From positions 1-42,304 of the forward strand of contig CAJVPI010000212.1 in NCBI GenBank assembly GCA_910592345.1: a stretch of 42,304 nucleotides of DNA. Direction: 5' to 3'. The DNA comes from Paraglomus brasilianum. Its lineage: Eukaryota. The position numbers were made by a program, and so were the translations under genes. Below, in pieces: positions 11,711 through 23,952 of this stretch (within the stretch, counting starts at the first letter, position 1; each line of letters starts with the position of its first letter). The notes beneath the pieces are model-generated. The model saw only the letters and a program-made list of their open reading frames with translations, did no database searches and was not told where the DNA came from.

Positions 11711-12112
11711 TTACATATGACCGAACATATAAAGCAGGATGGCAATGATGGTCGTTGTCGGAAGTTCAATGGATAAAGTACTGCTCTTTGAGCTGCCACT
11801 ACTGCCACTACTGCCGCTACTTCCACTATCGCCGCTACTGCCACTATCGCCGCTACTGCCACCGGAGCTGCCACCATAACCGTCACCATAGCTGCATTGA
11901 TAGCCAGGAACACATGTCATATCATATGGACAACATCCACCCTCACTGTCTGTACATAAATAGTATCCGCTGTCACAAGTTCCATATTTCGTGAGGTTAG
12001 ATTCAATTAAGCGAGAATTCGCTACGTCAGATCTCCTTTGCGGCTGAAACGTTGTAGCGGCGGAAGCCAAGGTTACGGCAGCGAAAACGAGCAAAAATGG
12101 GAGAATCTTCAT
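11711..12112 (-). CDS. Small secreted Cys-rich, probably GPI-anchored protein, copy 2 (133 aa, expanded Gly/Ser linker)
   Basis: Start MKILPFLLVF chosen by alignment with copies 1 and 3. Same 6-Cys module TCDSGYYLCTDSEGGCCPYDMTCVPGYQC; C-terminus LLYMFGHM nearly identical to copy 1. Confidence 0.85.
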   Translation of the reverse strand: MKILPFLLVFAAVTLASAATTFQPQRRSDVANSRLIESNLTKYGTCDSGYYLCTDSEGGCCPYDMTCVPGYQCSYGDGYGGSSGGSSGDSGSSGDSGSSGSSGSSGSSKSSTLSIELPTTTIIAILLYMFGHM

Positions 12113-12560
12113 ACTGACAGTCGAGCAGGACTTGATTGCCGATATCTTGATGCGAAATGGTCGCGTTGACGCCATCATTTAAAGATTTGCAAGATTGTAA
12201 CACCAGACTTGAAATTTTCTTTTCACCCACTATATTTATTGAAATAAAGAGAACGTGATTGCGATATTAGAAACAATCTGCATTGTACACATGCACAAAC
12301 AAAGGCCTTTTTTGCATCTACAATACTATTTTCATTTTTGCAACCCGTGTTAGTATGATCTACTATTTTATTTATGCATCCCGTGCAACCCACATGATCT
12401 ACTATCCGCATTAACAAAAGGATTAAGAAATTCTTTCTCACGATAATCTATTATTGAATGTAAGACATTTCGGAATAAACCGTACATTGGATACGAGCAT
12501 ATCTATAATGGAGCTTATTCAAGTGTATTGCATACAAGATTTGTTCAACGATAAAGATTA

Positions 12561-12660
12561 TCGTCACTTTTTCCCGACACTTTTATGCACTAGTCCATTT
12601 GTGTTAGCTATTACTATGATTTGATGAATGGCTACTCAGTGTGTCGGAAAAAATTATCGA
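12561..12660. mobile_element. Degenerate MITE of about 100 bp flanked by TA, related to the element at 14530-14643
   Basis: Imperfect inverted repeats (ttatcg..ttttcccgacac / gtgtcggaaaaaa..cgataa). Absent from the paralogous upstream region of copy 1 (8215-8250). Confidence 0.6.
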
Positions 12661-13030
12661 TAACGATTCTCACAAGACAGCATATAATAATGTTTATCGT
12701 TATTGCTACTACTTCTATCAAATCTTGGTCTTAGCGTATCATTGCGAAATTTAAGCATGATGATTAGCCTAATTAATCCACCGTATTAAATCTTATTCTG
12801 CTGATGGCATGTATATACAATAAGACTATTTTATTTTATTACAATAATCATGACAATAAAGCATTTAACCTCACTGTAATTAACTTTCCATCGTGATTTA
12901 ACCCACCACCTTTAGCACACTGTAGGCTCGCAAACATCCATCACGATTATGCCCATCACTATCAAAAGAGGTTATTACATTGATTATTTAATAAATACGG
13001 ACATTAGCCCTGACAAACATAGAAAATATT

Positions 13031-13246
13031 GTATATCCAAGTTATACATAAACTAAGACAATAATGGTCATTCCCAGAAGCTCGGTGGATGCACTGCCGA
13101 GTATATCCAAGTTACATATAAATTAAGACGATAATGGTCATTCCCAGAAGCTCGATGGATGTACTGCCGAGTGTATCCAAGTTACATACACATATAAATT
13201 AAGACAATAATGGTCATTCCCAGAAGCTCGATGGATGTACTGCCGA
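13031..13246 (-). repeat. Triplicated 70/70/76-bp unit covering the C-terminal coding end and stop codon of copy 3
   Basis: Units 13031-13100, 13101-13170 and 13171-13246 share aatggtcattcccagaagctcg.tggatg.actgccga. Confidence 0.95.
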
Positions 13247-13505
13247 GTGAACTACGGCCACTGCCGCCACTGCCGCTGCCGGTTGATTTAATGCAATAAT
13301 CGCCAGAAGTGCATGTGTAGCCATTTTGACAACATCCGCCGCCTTGACTTGCTGAACATAAATGGTATCCAACGTCGCAAGTTTCATATTTCGTGAGGCT
13401 AGATTTAAGATCCTTGATGTCATCTCTACTTTGTAGCTGAGAGGTAGCAGAAACCAAGGTTACTATGACAGCGAGAATGAGTATAATAAGTGTGGGGAAC
13501 TTCAT
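13182..13505 (-). CDS. Small secreted Cys-rich, probably GPI-anchored protein, copy 3 (107 aa, most diverged)
   Basis: Signal peptide MKFPTLIILILAVIVTLVSA, module TCDVGYHLCSASQGGGCCQNGYTCTSGDYC, Gly/Ser linker and hydrophobic tail. Shares the caagtcctgctcg motif just before the ATG with copies 1 and 2. Confidence 0.85.
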   Translation of the reverse strand: MKFPTLIILILAVIVTLVSATSQLQSRDDIKDLKSSLTKYETCDVGYHLCSASQGGGCCQNGYTCTSGDYCIKSTGSGSGGSGRSSLGSTSIELLGMTIIVLIYMCM

Positions 13506-14063
13506 ATTGACAAGCGAGCAGGACTTGATGTCGAAATCTGCCGAAATGACCATTATTTAAATCTTGAATTCTTGTGAGATGAAACTTTCTTTTTTTATCA
13601 GTTTGTACTGAAAGAATGTTCTATCGTCGTTTGTTTCGACTTTGTCATATTACTTGATTTTTTTGCCCAACAAACCAAAAAAAAAAAAAGACGAGAAAGG
13701 ATTTTTGCATCTGGTATGATTTTACTATATTTGCGTTATTGGGATCTGCAACAATTGTTTCATGAATGAACTACATACTGGATATGGGCATAGTATACTT
13801 ATTGTCGACACACGTTGCACAACCCACCCGACACACGTCGTAAAGCCCCATTGTATTTCTATTTATGGAGAAGAGCGTATAATATTTGTGCTCGTACGAC
13901 CTGCGACATGGCATGCAGGTAATTGTCATTTTCTGTACTAATCTTTATTAAGCAAATTCATGCTTTAAATGGTTAGCAGCATGCAGAAAAGTATGGGGTC
14001 GGCTTTATATACTATACTATTCTATTCATTCTCGGAAATAAGATTCTTTTCATAATCAGGATA

Positions 14064-14208
14064 TAGTCAACTTTTAATTCGACCGCCTGTATTCCGAAGT
14101 TATCGGTCGAATTAACGACAGACGTGAACAAAAATCGGGTTTTGCTCAAGGCGATTGAATTACTGGGAAAGTCGAATTATGGGGAGTCGAATTATCCGCA
14201 GTCGACTG
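14064..14208. mobile_element. Degenerate pogo/Tc1-mariner-type MITE (CAGTCGA-like termini, TA flanks)
   Basis: The right end reads TA-CAGTCGACT..TAATTCGAC in reverse complement; the left end reads TA-TAGTCAACT..TAATTCGAC. Internal GTCGAATTA repeats. Confidence 0.55.
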
Positions 14209-14213
14209 TATTA

Positions 14214-14503
14214 TCCGAAGTGTTGCACAACTCATAATATTTATTTACGAACAGAAGCAGAAGAGTTGTACAAAGGATAAATATTTGAGTACTACAATAA
14301 ACAGAAATACAAGTGAGTCTCGATATAACGACACTGCTATATAACGACATCTCGTTATAACGACAGGAATCTTAGAACGAAAATTTTATATTGCTTAGTT
14401 GTCGTATGTAAGTTAATTCTCGATATAGTGACCAATTGGATTGGAACCAAGCGTGTCGTTATATCGAGACCCACTTGTATTATTAGCTGTGCAACACTTC
14501 GGA
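14214..14503. mobile_element. Outer MITE (TIR TCCGAAGTGTTGCACA) interrupted by the element at 14310-14477
   Basis: 16-bp perfect inverted repeat at 14214-14229 and 14488-14503. Confidence 0.6.
14310..14477. mobile_element. 168-bp MITE of pogo/Tigger type with 25-bp TIR and TA target-site duplication
   Basis: CAAGTG(A/G)GTCTCGATATAACGACAC, 24/25 match between ends. TA at 14308-14309 and 14478-14479. Internal TATAACGACA repeats. Confidence 0.88.
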
Positions 14504-14529
14504 TGTGTAACAAATTCCTCTTATTATTA

Positions 14530-14643
14530 TAGTCAACAAATAATTCGGATATTACTCACTTTATACACTAGTCCAAATTAGTCCATACGATGATTATATG
14601 TACTATAAAAGTGTCGGAAAAAAAGTATCTGAATTATTGACTA
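14530..14643. mobile_element. Degenerate MITE with TAGTCAA..TAATTC(G/A)GATA termini and TA flanks
   Basis: Inverted repeats tagtcaa..taattcggata / tatctgaatta.ttgacta. Shares cactagtcca and gtgtcggaaaaaa with 12561-12660. Confidence 0.6.
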
Positions 14644-15431
14644 TAATGGTTCTTTTTATATGATTGTTGTGAAATACTCACCTGACACAAGATTTGTGAT
14701 CATTCACCTGACATCGCATTTCTTCTCCTCATTCTTGACAAAAGTTTTATGTAAATATAAAATGTAATGTACACGGTTTTTAACTCGATTGATTTTCAAC
14801 AGATTTGTATTAGAAAATGTGAGATAATAAATGCGCATATCATTTGAAATTCTGCCCATGCATCATGCAAGTAGCGTACTATCTGTCATTAATACTGGAC
14901 TAATATATACGGAAAGGAGACGTAACCTTTCTAAATCAATAACTGCTGTTCAAAAAACTCCACGGTCTAATTCACACGGATTATAATTATACGAAGACGT
15001 CCTCTACTGCAATGTTTTGGATTTCTCCTTTGTTGGTATTCGATCTGATAATCTGGTACATTCCTATAATCTCTGGTCGTGAAAGATACCACTACAACTA
15101 AATTATTAGTCACAAAACGTGTACAGGAATTACACAAAGAACAAATCCCATGCCTCCAATCGTACAAACAAAAGGTCATAGAAGAGGTATAAACAGGAGC
15201 ATTGCTGCATCTGGCAAAAAAATGGGTTCAGACAATAACGAATTAAAAACTCGGTAGATAGTCAATTAATCGAGTTAAAGCTATTTTAATGTTTATATTT
15301 CTTGTAAAGTCAAATTTGCTAATTGTATATTTGCTTATGTTTTTCTCTCACCTGTTAGCAAATATTTAATACTGCGAAACAAATTAGATTTATCTTTGTT
15401 GAGTTAGTTTACGATACGACTAGTATGTAAA

Positions 15432-17345
15432 ATGTCGCAACAAACTCACTAATATGTTATAAAGTTAAAGTCAAATACGCATTATACAACTCTAGCAAAC
15501 GCCATAATCTCCAGCGCAAACGCATCTGATACTCTACTTTCCCAACGCTATTCTTGGGTTTATCACTACAATAATTACGTTAATCAGTTTAGAAGATACA
15601 AAAGTTGGCTCAAGGAGCGCAACAAACTCATAATTGGCTTTACCGAGATAACAACTATTACTTGGTCGCTAAGAGACGCTTTACCATTGTTATTCTCGAT
15701 ATGGATTCTGCACTACATGTGTGGTGCATCTGTGGACATAAACAATTATCCAATGGATGGACTACAAACAAACTCTGCAAATGATGCCTATTTGGAATGG
15801 ATTCCATTTGATTGTATTGACGATTGGGGACATTATGGATACTTGTGTTGTCTACCTACTTCTGATTCTGCACAAGTTAAAATTGATTCCTTGAAATAAC
15901 GGATGAGACGTATGATTTATATTATGACAGGTGACTATCGAAGTACGAATATATATGTGCTTGTTTATCCATTGTTTAGCTAAATATTGACTTATAATTT
16001 CCGCTAGCTGTGTGAAAGGCATCCAGATATTCTTACTACGAATGTTTGGATACATATGATGCAAGTAAACAAATGTATTGTCTAATAAAAGCATGGAATG
16101 GGAGTGGATTATGTCTGGCGTATATATGTCAGTTACCATCTCAGATAAATATTCTGTTATGGATGTAAAGCACCAAGGCCTCTTGATTGGACGACTGGCA
16201 ACAAGTCTTTGGATTCATTCATTATGGAGTCGTGGAGGAATGTGAAGAATAAGCATGATGCCTATATATAATGGATCGAATACTCTTTGCTGACAAACGT
16301 ACAAGAGATGATATCATTATGCCATGGATGCACACATGTAGCAGACTGGTTAGAGCAGACAGCGGATGAACCGACAAGAGTGACACTCAAACGGATAGTT
16401 GATGCTCAGCCGTTTGATTTTTATCAGGTAAATTCTTTTCAATAGTAGAATTAATTCAAGCGGCGTCGCGTGATATTATTGTAACGACCGTATTGTTTAC
16501 TCGAATAGCAGACTGAAAAATATCCGTTAACTCCAGATAGTATTTGGATTATTGGTATCACTAAAGAACCATCTACTAAACAATATTGTTTGGTGTTCTA
16601 CCACGATGTACATGCGATAGTGGAAAAATTTGTACAAACATATAGTCGCACACTTTAAGTTCCCTTCTCCCAATAATATAATATCGTTTGTCATTGTCTT
16701 TCGTTAGCGGATTGCGACATTGTACGCTTTTGTTTTGGGTAAAGCGCGAAGTAAGTTGAAAATAAGTCTGTTTGGAAATGGTAGTCCATTACATAAGCTT
16801 TGTTTTGATCCATCGATTACGCGTTTATTTTGATAATTGACCGAGTTATACATATACAAACTAAATTTTGTGCCATTTTTTTGAACACCACTGTATATTC
16901 TTTTGGTATTATCATGCATTTGATGGCCACTGGTGAACCACCTTTTCGAGATAGGGCAATATTTCGGATGGACTACGACCACTGATGCCTGATCCAGCAC
17001 CAGAAGAATACAAAAAACTTGCTCAGCGTTGTTGTGATGCTGATGTGGATGAACTTATGGATTATATTAATAATCTTACTATTGAGTGTAATTCTAACAC
17101 CAACGTCTGGGATACCTGTATCACAATAATGTAAAACCCTTATCATGTCTCGAGAAAGAGAGTAAATACTCTAGGAAGCTCTTACCTACTGGAGATTAAG
17201 ATTGAGAAATAGTTGCTATTGCAGGTATGAAGGCAACAACAATTGGTTACGCATTGAAAAAATTGAAATAATGTTACAATTTAACATTTTTTTATTTCAT
17301 TAATTTAGTGACTCGAGATTTGAACAAATCACAATACGAGTAAGT
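15432..17345 (+). pseudogene. Decayed Glomeromycota-type protein kinase gene; boundaries approximate
   Basis: Manual translation gives AYLEWIPFDCID, DWTTGNKSLDSFIMESW..AYI*WIEY, IIGITKEPSTKQYCLVF, YSFGIIMHLMATGEPPFRDR and APEEYKKLAQRCCDAD. Several stops and frameshifts; no recognisable HRD or DFG segment. Confidence 0.72.
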
Positions 17346-18492
17346 TCTTCCAATTTTTATATTGTACTTATAATAGTACTTATCTGTAGTTAGGCAACAT
17401 GAACACTAATATGTCGATACACATCGAATTATAGTAGTAGGATTTAATGGGTTTGATTTTTTGTATACGAGCATTCTTAACGTGACGAATTAGAATATCA
17501 ATTTTTAATTTTCCATGAAGACAAGTAAATGTATAATGTATCCACATGCAGATTAGTACATTTGAAATTGGAACTTTGATTAGAGTTTCACCCGCTGTGT
17601 TCACTCTTATCAGTTAAATTAAAACCAAGTACATGTTATTGTGCTATTCAATTAAAGGCACCACGATCAATGAAATGAATAACATATGGCATCCTAACGT
17701 ATTTATCTTGTAAATGTCCTAAGGAAACTTTACATTTAGCTAAACAGTATTCTATGCAAGTCAACTCACTGGGTGTTAAAAGACAAATACACTTATACAA
17801 CATAAATAAATGCTTACAGACTGAATTAAACAAATAATTAGCAAAGATAGAGTCATGCCAGGAAATACTGTGAGTATCAATGTAATACAAATAGACTTTA
17901 CATTGGAGACTATGTTAGAATCAATATTCCAAGAATGGTAGAGAAGACAAGCATTCTTTTATGTTATCAAGTTACAGGTTTCTGACCTGGCAAATGGTAA
18001 TAGGAGGTTTATTATTAAGTCAAACTCTTGTGATTGTATGTGCAAACATGCGTTTCAAAGATATATAGTGACGTGTACAGTCCTACTATGCTCACTAATA
18101 AAGATATTTTAATTAAGAAGGTATCAATGGTCGTTTTCAAGCGAGAAATCTAGTCGCTATGCAAAGCTTTAACTGGCGATATTAATCAACGCTAGTTCGT
18201 TAAAAATACGATCTTCATTAATCCAGTCACAAGAGATGATGAGTATTAGATTAAATATTCCCTCAGCACATGAAATTTGAAACGATTTATAACCGCCTAA
18301 TTATAATACACTAAACTTTAGTTCACTAAGCAATCTTGTCATTGCCTGAAGAAGGGTGAGAAACGAGCATGACTTTATTAACAACTTATATCGCCTTAGC
18401 TTATTAAAACCCTGCTTCCAAAATGTCATGATTACCGCGCGTATGGAGACATCAATTTGCAGATCTCCTTTTCGATTTGCCATTTATAAAAT

Positions 18493-18498
18493 ACGCGT
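18493..18498. promoter_or_regulatory. MCB-like ACGCGT box about 150 bp upstream of the TOP2 ATG, with a second CGCGCGT at about 18436
   Basis: Motif seen directly. MCB boxes are typical of fungal G1/S DNA-metabolism genes, but the motif is short and could be chance. Confidence 0.3.
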
Positions 18499-18644
18499 TC
18501 AATGTCACGTCGCTCATGATGTGATGTAAACAAACCTTTTCACAAACAAATTTCCCTCTGCATAATCCCTTTCCCTTTACTACATACTCGTTTACTCTTG
18601 CAAGATATTCCTTAGACTATAACACATTATCAATTAGCTTGAAA

Positions 18645-21600
18645 ATGGTATCTACACCGTTGGGACCAAGAGTGAAGAAGACTATTGAAGGTGAGCAATG
18701 CGTAATGCTTATGTCAGTCCAGTCCTAATGTCAATCGTCTCAGCGTATCATTGGCTTGCCTCTCGAATATGTTTGAGGCGACACCTTGCTTATTTTCACA
18801 AAGAAGCACGCCACAAGCGACTACCTAACGATTAATTTTTATTCTGATTTGCACAGAAACATATCAGAAAGTCACCCAAATCGAGCATATTCTAAAACGT
18901 CCAGATACATACATTGGTTCGGTACAAGCGATAATTGACACACTATGGGTGTTTGACAAAGACAAGGAAGCAATGACCTATCGTCCAGTAATTTTTGTCC
19001 CTGGATTGTACAAAATATTCGATGAAATCCTCGTAAATGCGGCTGATAACAAGGTCCTTCTGAAATTTTCAAATCTAGTCCATTGGCATATTTTCCTTTT
19101 GTATACAATTTATTAACTATCCCAAATCCCAATGTGATTCGATTTGCAAGATTCGCGATCCATCGATGGATACCATTAAAGTAACAATAGATACGGCCAA
19201 TAACACCATTTCCATATATAATAATGGGCAGGGGATTCCAGTGGAAGTTCATAAGAAAGAAAACGTCTACGTGCCAGAGCTAATATTCGGACACTTGCTC
19301 ACCTCGTCTAATTACGACGATGACGAGAAAAAAGTCACTGGAGGACGGAATGGATACGGAGCTAAACTATGTAACATATTTAGTACTGAATTCACTGTTG
19401 AAACAAACAATAGACAATCAGGGAAAGCATTCATTCAGGTGATCGATCTATCATTGCTGTTATTATATATACTGATAACAACACAAATTTAGTGTATTGA
19501 ATTTTTTATTTGAGATAGACATTTTCAAAAAACATGGGGCAAATGAGTCAACCTAAACTTACGGCAGCCAGCAAAAAGGAAGATTTTACTCGCATCACAT
19601 TCAAACCCGACCTTGGAAAATTTGGCATGACCGAAATCGATAAAGACACCGAGGCGCTTCTTATTAAACGCGTCTATGATCTAGCCGGAACTGTAAAAAA
19701 TGTAAAGGTGTTTTTGAATGGAGAGAGAATAAAAGTGAAGAATTTTAAGCAGTATTGCGAGCTATACCTTAAAGAGGATGTAACAGATGGAGAGACGACG
19801 CCGACACTTATTTACGAAAACGTTAACGATCGATGGGAAGTTGGTGTTTGTATCAGCGATGGGCAAGCTCAACAGGTGAACCTAGGAATTGAATTGAAAT
19901 CTTTGCCCTTTTTTGAATACCACCAGCTAATTGACAATATATTTCCGTATACCCCTTTGCGGCCTCAAGGTCAGCTTTGTCAACAGTATCTGCACAACGA
20001 AGGGCGGAACGCATGTTAATTACATTGCAGATCAACTTGTTCGCGAGATTACTGAGACAATAAAGAAAAAGTTGAAACAACTAAACCCACCAAAACCCGC
20101 TCAAATTAAGAATCACCTCTGGATCTTTTTAAATTGTCTGATAGAGAATCCGACCTTCGATTCCCAAACGAAAGAGACCTTGACTTTACAACGAAGTGCG
20201 TTTGGAAGCACTGCTACGTTGAGCAACGAATTTAGAAAAAAAGGTAAATAGCGTGATGTGAGATTTTATTGGCTCACATTTATCAAGATTACGGATAGAA
20301 GACTTACCAGAGACTCATAGAAGTATTTATATACTTTTTTTTCTAGTGCTTAAAACAAACATAATCGACAGTCTTGTTAAATTTATGAAAGTTAAACAAG
20401 ACCAGCAACTTCGAAAAACAGACGGTCATAAACTTACTCGCATTAGCGGAATTGCAAAACTTGATGATGCTAACCACGCTGGTACTCGAAATGGATCGAG
20501 GTGCACATTGATTCTCACGGAAGGAGATTCAGCAAAGACATTGGCTGTCAGTGGGTTGTCAGTTGTTGGAAGAGACCATTTCGGGGTATTTCCCTTGAGA
20601 GGAAAGCTGTTGAACGTGAGAGAAGCCAATCTGAAGCAAGTATCCGAGAATCAAGAAATAAACAACATTAAGCAAATATTGGGATTGCAACACCGGAAGG
20701 AATATAAGAGCACCGAGAGCTTACGATACGGAAGTCTCATGATTATGACCGATCAGGTATTACCGTTTGACTGCAAGAGTATGAGAATGTATCAATGCAG
20801 AATCGTATCGCGCAACTCCTCATTATTATTCATTTCCTGTACCAATTAGGACCATGACGGATCACACATTAAAGGGTTGATAATAAATTTCTTGGAACAT
20901 TATTATCCGTCTCTGTTGAAGTTACCTGGCTTTCTACTCGAGTTCATAACACCAATCGTAAAGGTATATGACCAAAAATATTCACGTTCCAAATGTAGAT
21001 CGAATCACGTGACTTATCATTTTTATATTTGTAAATCAGGCAACTAGGAATTCACAAGAAATCAGCTTCTATACTATACCAGAATATGAAGCATGGAAAG
21101 CGGCCAACAACGATGGAAAAGGCTGGAATATCAAATACTACAAGGTATCTTTCATTACACATGTTTGGCATGTGTCTGTAAAGATAGTTTTCTAATTCTT
21201 GCCTAATACGCTGTCTGTAGGGTTTGGGCACGAGCACTGCCAACGACGCTCGAAAGTATTTTTCTATGATGGACAAGCACCGGAAACCATTCGCTGTCGC
21301 TGATGAGACCGACACGAAATTAATCGACATGGCGTTTAACAAAAAACGTGCGGATGATAGAAAAGAATGGCTAGCGAATTTTCAGGTAAGCAAATGTATA
21401 TTACGTTATCACAAAAGAATTTTAGGCTTATAAATTGAGCATGCGAACGATGGATTACAAAGAGTGGTAGATTGCGAGACATGTTTGGCAATTATATTGA
21501 TTATAATGTTGATTTGTCTGCTTTAGCCTGGGACGTATATGGATCATAGTGCGCGCGAGATACAAATTAAAGATTTTATTAACAAGGAACTTATATTATT

Positions 21601-23952
21601 CTGTAAGTTAACATGTATGCCACCATTCATATTGCGTGCTTATTTTAACAAAAGCAAACATATTTGTATTTATCGGGATAAGCCATGGCCGACAATATCC
21701 GTTCGATTCCTAGTGTAGTCGATGGATTGAAACCGGGACAGCGTAAGATTCTATTCAGCTGTTTCAAGCGTAGTCTTAAAGGTGAAATGAAAGTTGCCCA
21801 ACTTACAGGTAAAGCTATCACGTCTATGGATTATTACGAGGGTTTCTCTTCAACTTTTAATCCTCATATTATTTTACTCGCCGCAATTGACTATAATCTC
21901 CTCTTCTCATTTCACAGGTTACGTTGCCGAACACTCTGCGTATCATCACGGAGAACAGAGCTTGGCATCGACTATTGTTGGGCTTGCTCAGGATTATGTC
22001 GGCGCCAACAATATTAATCTTCTCCTTCCCGCGGGATGCTTTGGTACGCGGCTACAAGGTGGAAAGGATGCCGCTAGTCCTCGTTATATATTTACTAGCC
22101 TGTCAGATTTAACAAGAAAGATATTCAGAAAGGAGGATGATGCCTTATTAACCTATTTGAATGAGGACGGACAATCTATTGAGCCCGAGTGGTGGGTAGC
22201 TGTGCACAATTCTACACTTGGTATTGAGCAACTGATGACAAGGTTTTTGTTTTCAGGTACTTACCTATATTGCCTATGGTTCTTGTCAACGGAGCTGAGG
22301 GTATTGGAACTGGATGGAGTTGCAAATTGCCTAATTATAATCCCGAAGACATTGTAAATAATTTATTGCGCAAAATGAAGGGAGAGGAATACGAAAAAAT
22401 GCATCCCTGGTATAATGGGTTTAAAGTATGTTTGATGTTACGTGCAGCGTGTCATTTCATACGTTGTCGTATCTTTCTTGTGCATGTTTTAACACAATGT
22501 CATTCGACTTAGGGCGAGATTATTGAAGAATCTGAAGGTTCATACAAAGTATCGGGAATCATAGAACAAATTGACAGCACCACTCTCGAGATTACAGAAC
22601 TACCCATCGGTGTATGGACTCAGAATTATAAGGAAATGCTCGAGGACTTTATGACAGGAGAAAAAGGGAAAAAGGAACCATTTATCAGAGTAAGATTGTT
22701 GAATGCTTTCTGTTGGCTATCTTCATGTTATCTATGTGAGGCTTATGAATTTATTTCGAACAGGATTATAAGGAATATCATACAGATACGTCTGTTCATT
22801 TCGTTGTGACTTTGACGGAGGAGAATATGGAAAAAGTCGTGGCGGAAGGCTTGGAGAGTAAATTCAAATTGACAAAATCGTTCAAGACTACAAATATGGT
22901 CCTGTTTGATTCAAAATTGAAAATCAAAAAATACGCTACTGTTAACCAAATTATGAACGAGTTCTACCGGCTGCGATTGGAGTATTATGAGAAGCGCAAG
23001 GTCAGTAGGAATACTACTATCATTGGAAACTGCTTTATAAGGTCATTTTCTAAGGCCTTGGTCTCATGCTTTCTATCCTTCTTGTATATTATTAGGAATG
23101 GCTTGTATCCGAGCTGAGGAAAGGTTGTGAACAACTTGAGAATAAAGTACGATTCGTTACAGAAATTATTGAAGGAAAACTAGTAATACAGAACCGCAAG
23201 AGAAACGCTATAGTCCGTACACTCAAGGAACGTGACTATAAGAATGTCAACGCATCCGAAGAAGACAATTCGTCTGAAACTGCCAATGATGCCGAAGGAT
23301 TCGGTTATTTGTTGAACATGTCTATTTGGCATTTGACATGGGAGAAAGTATGATTAGTCTTTTCGTATTGATAGTGATTTGTACAATTACACTTATTATT
23401 ATTTACAATTCGTTCATCTTAATGCAGGTCGAACAATTAAAGAAAGATCGAGACGCCAAGCAAAACCAGCTTGACATCTTAAAAAGCAAATCTCCACAAG
23501 ATTTATGGAAAGAAGACCTGGAAGAATTCATGGTTTCCTGGAAAGAGATGGTCAAGAAGACGGAAGATTCTTCAAGTGGCAAGGTTAAGAAGCCTACAAA
23601 GTCCTCATCAGGAAAACGTGCTCCTAAGAAGAAACCAGCACCCGCTAAAGAAGTGATTCTTTTGTCTGATTCTGATGATGATTTCTGTCCAAGGGTAAGT
23701 AGATAAAGCTTATACCGCCTACTTGACTCGCCATCGTTTGGTGACTGACGGACTATGCTTGAAACTGCAATATTTTAGGCTGTTCCGTCCGATGAAGAAT
23801 ATATTCCGCGTAAAAAACGTACCACGAAAAAAGCCGTTGTCTCTACTTCATCCGCCACGTCTGTCGACAAGCGTTCAGAACTTAAGTCTATTCAGACACG
23901 GAAGAGTGGACGGGCAAAGTCAACTCAATATTATTTCGGTGAAAGCGACTAA
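18645..23952 (+). CDS. TOP2: DNA topoisomerase II (18 exons, 17 GT-AG introns)
   Basis: Motifs: HILKRPDTYIGS, IFDEILVNAADNK, GHLLTSSNYDD, GGRNGYGAKLCNIFS, LILTEGDSAK, PLRGKLLNVR, IMTDQDHDGSHIKG, YYKGLGTS, DGLKPGQRK, YHHGEQSL and catalytic SPRYIF. Exons join in frame from MVSTPLGPRVKKTIE to RKSGRAKSTQYYFGESD*. Confidence 0.96.

Noticed and set aside
18020..18060. SNSCDCMCKH, a SWIM zinc-finger-like fragment (MULE relic)
   Set aside because: Cys spacing is too short and there is no adjacent transposase similarity.
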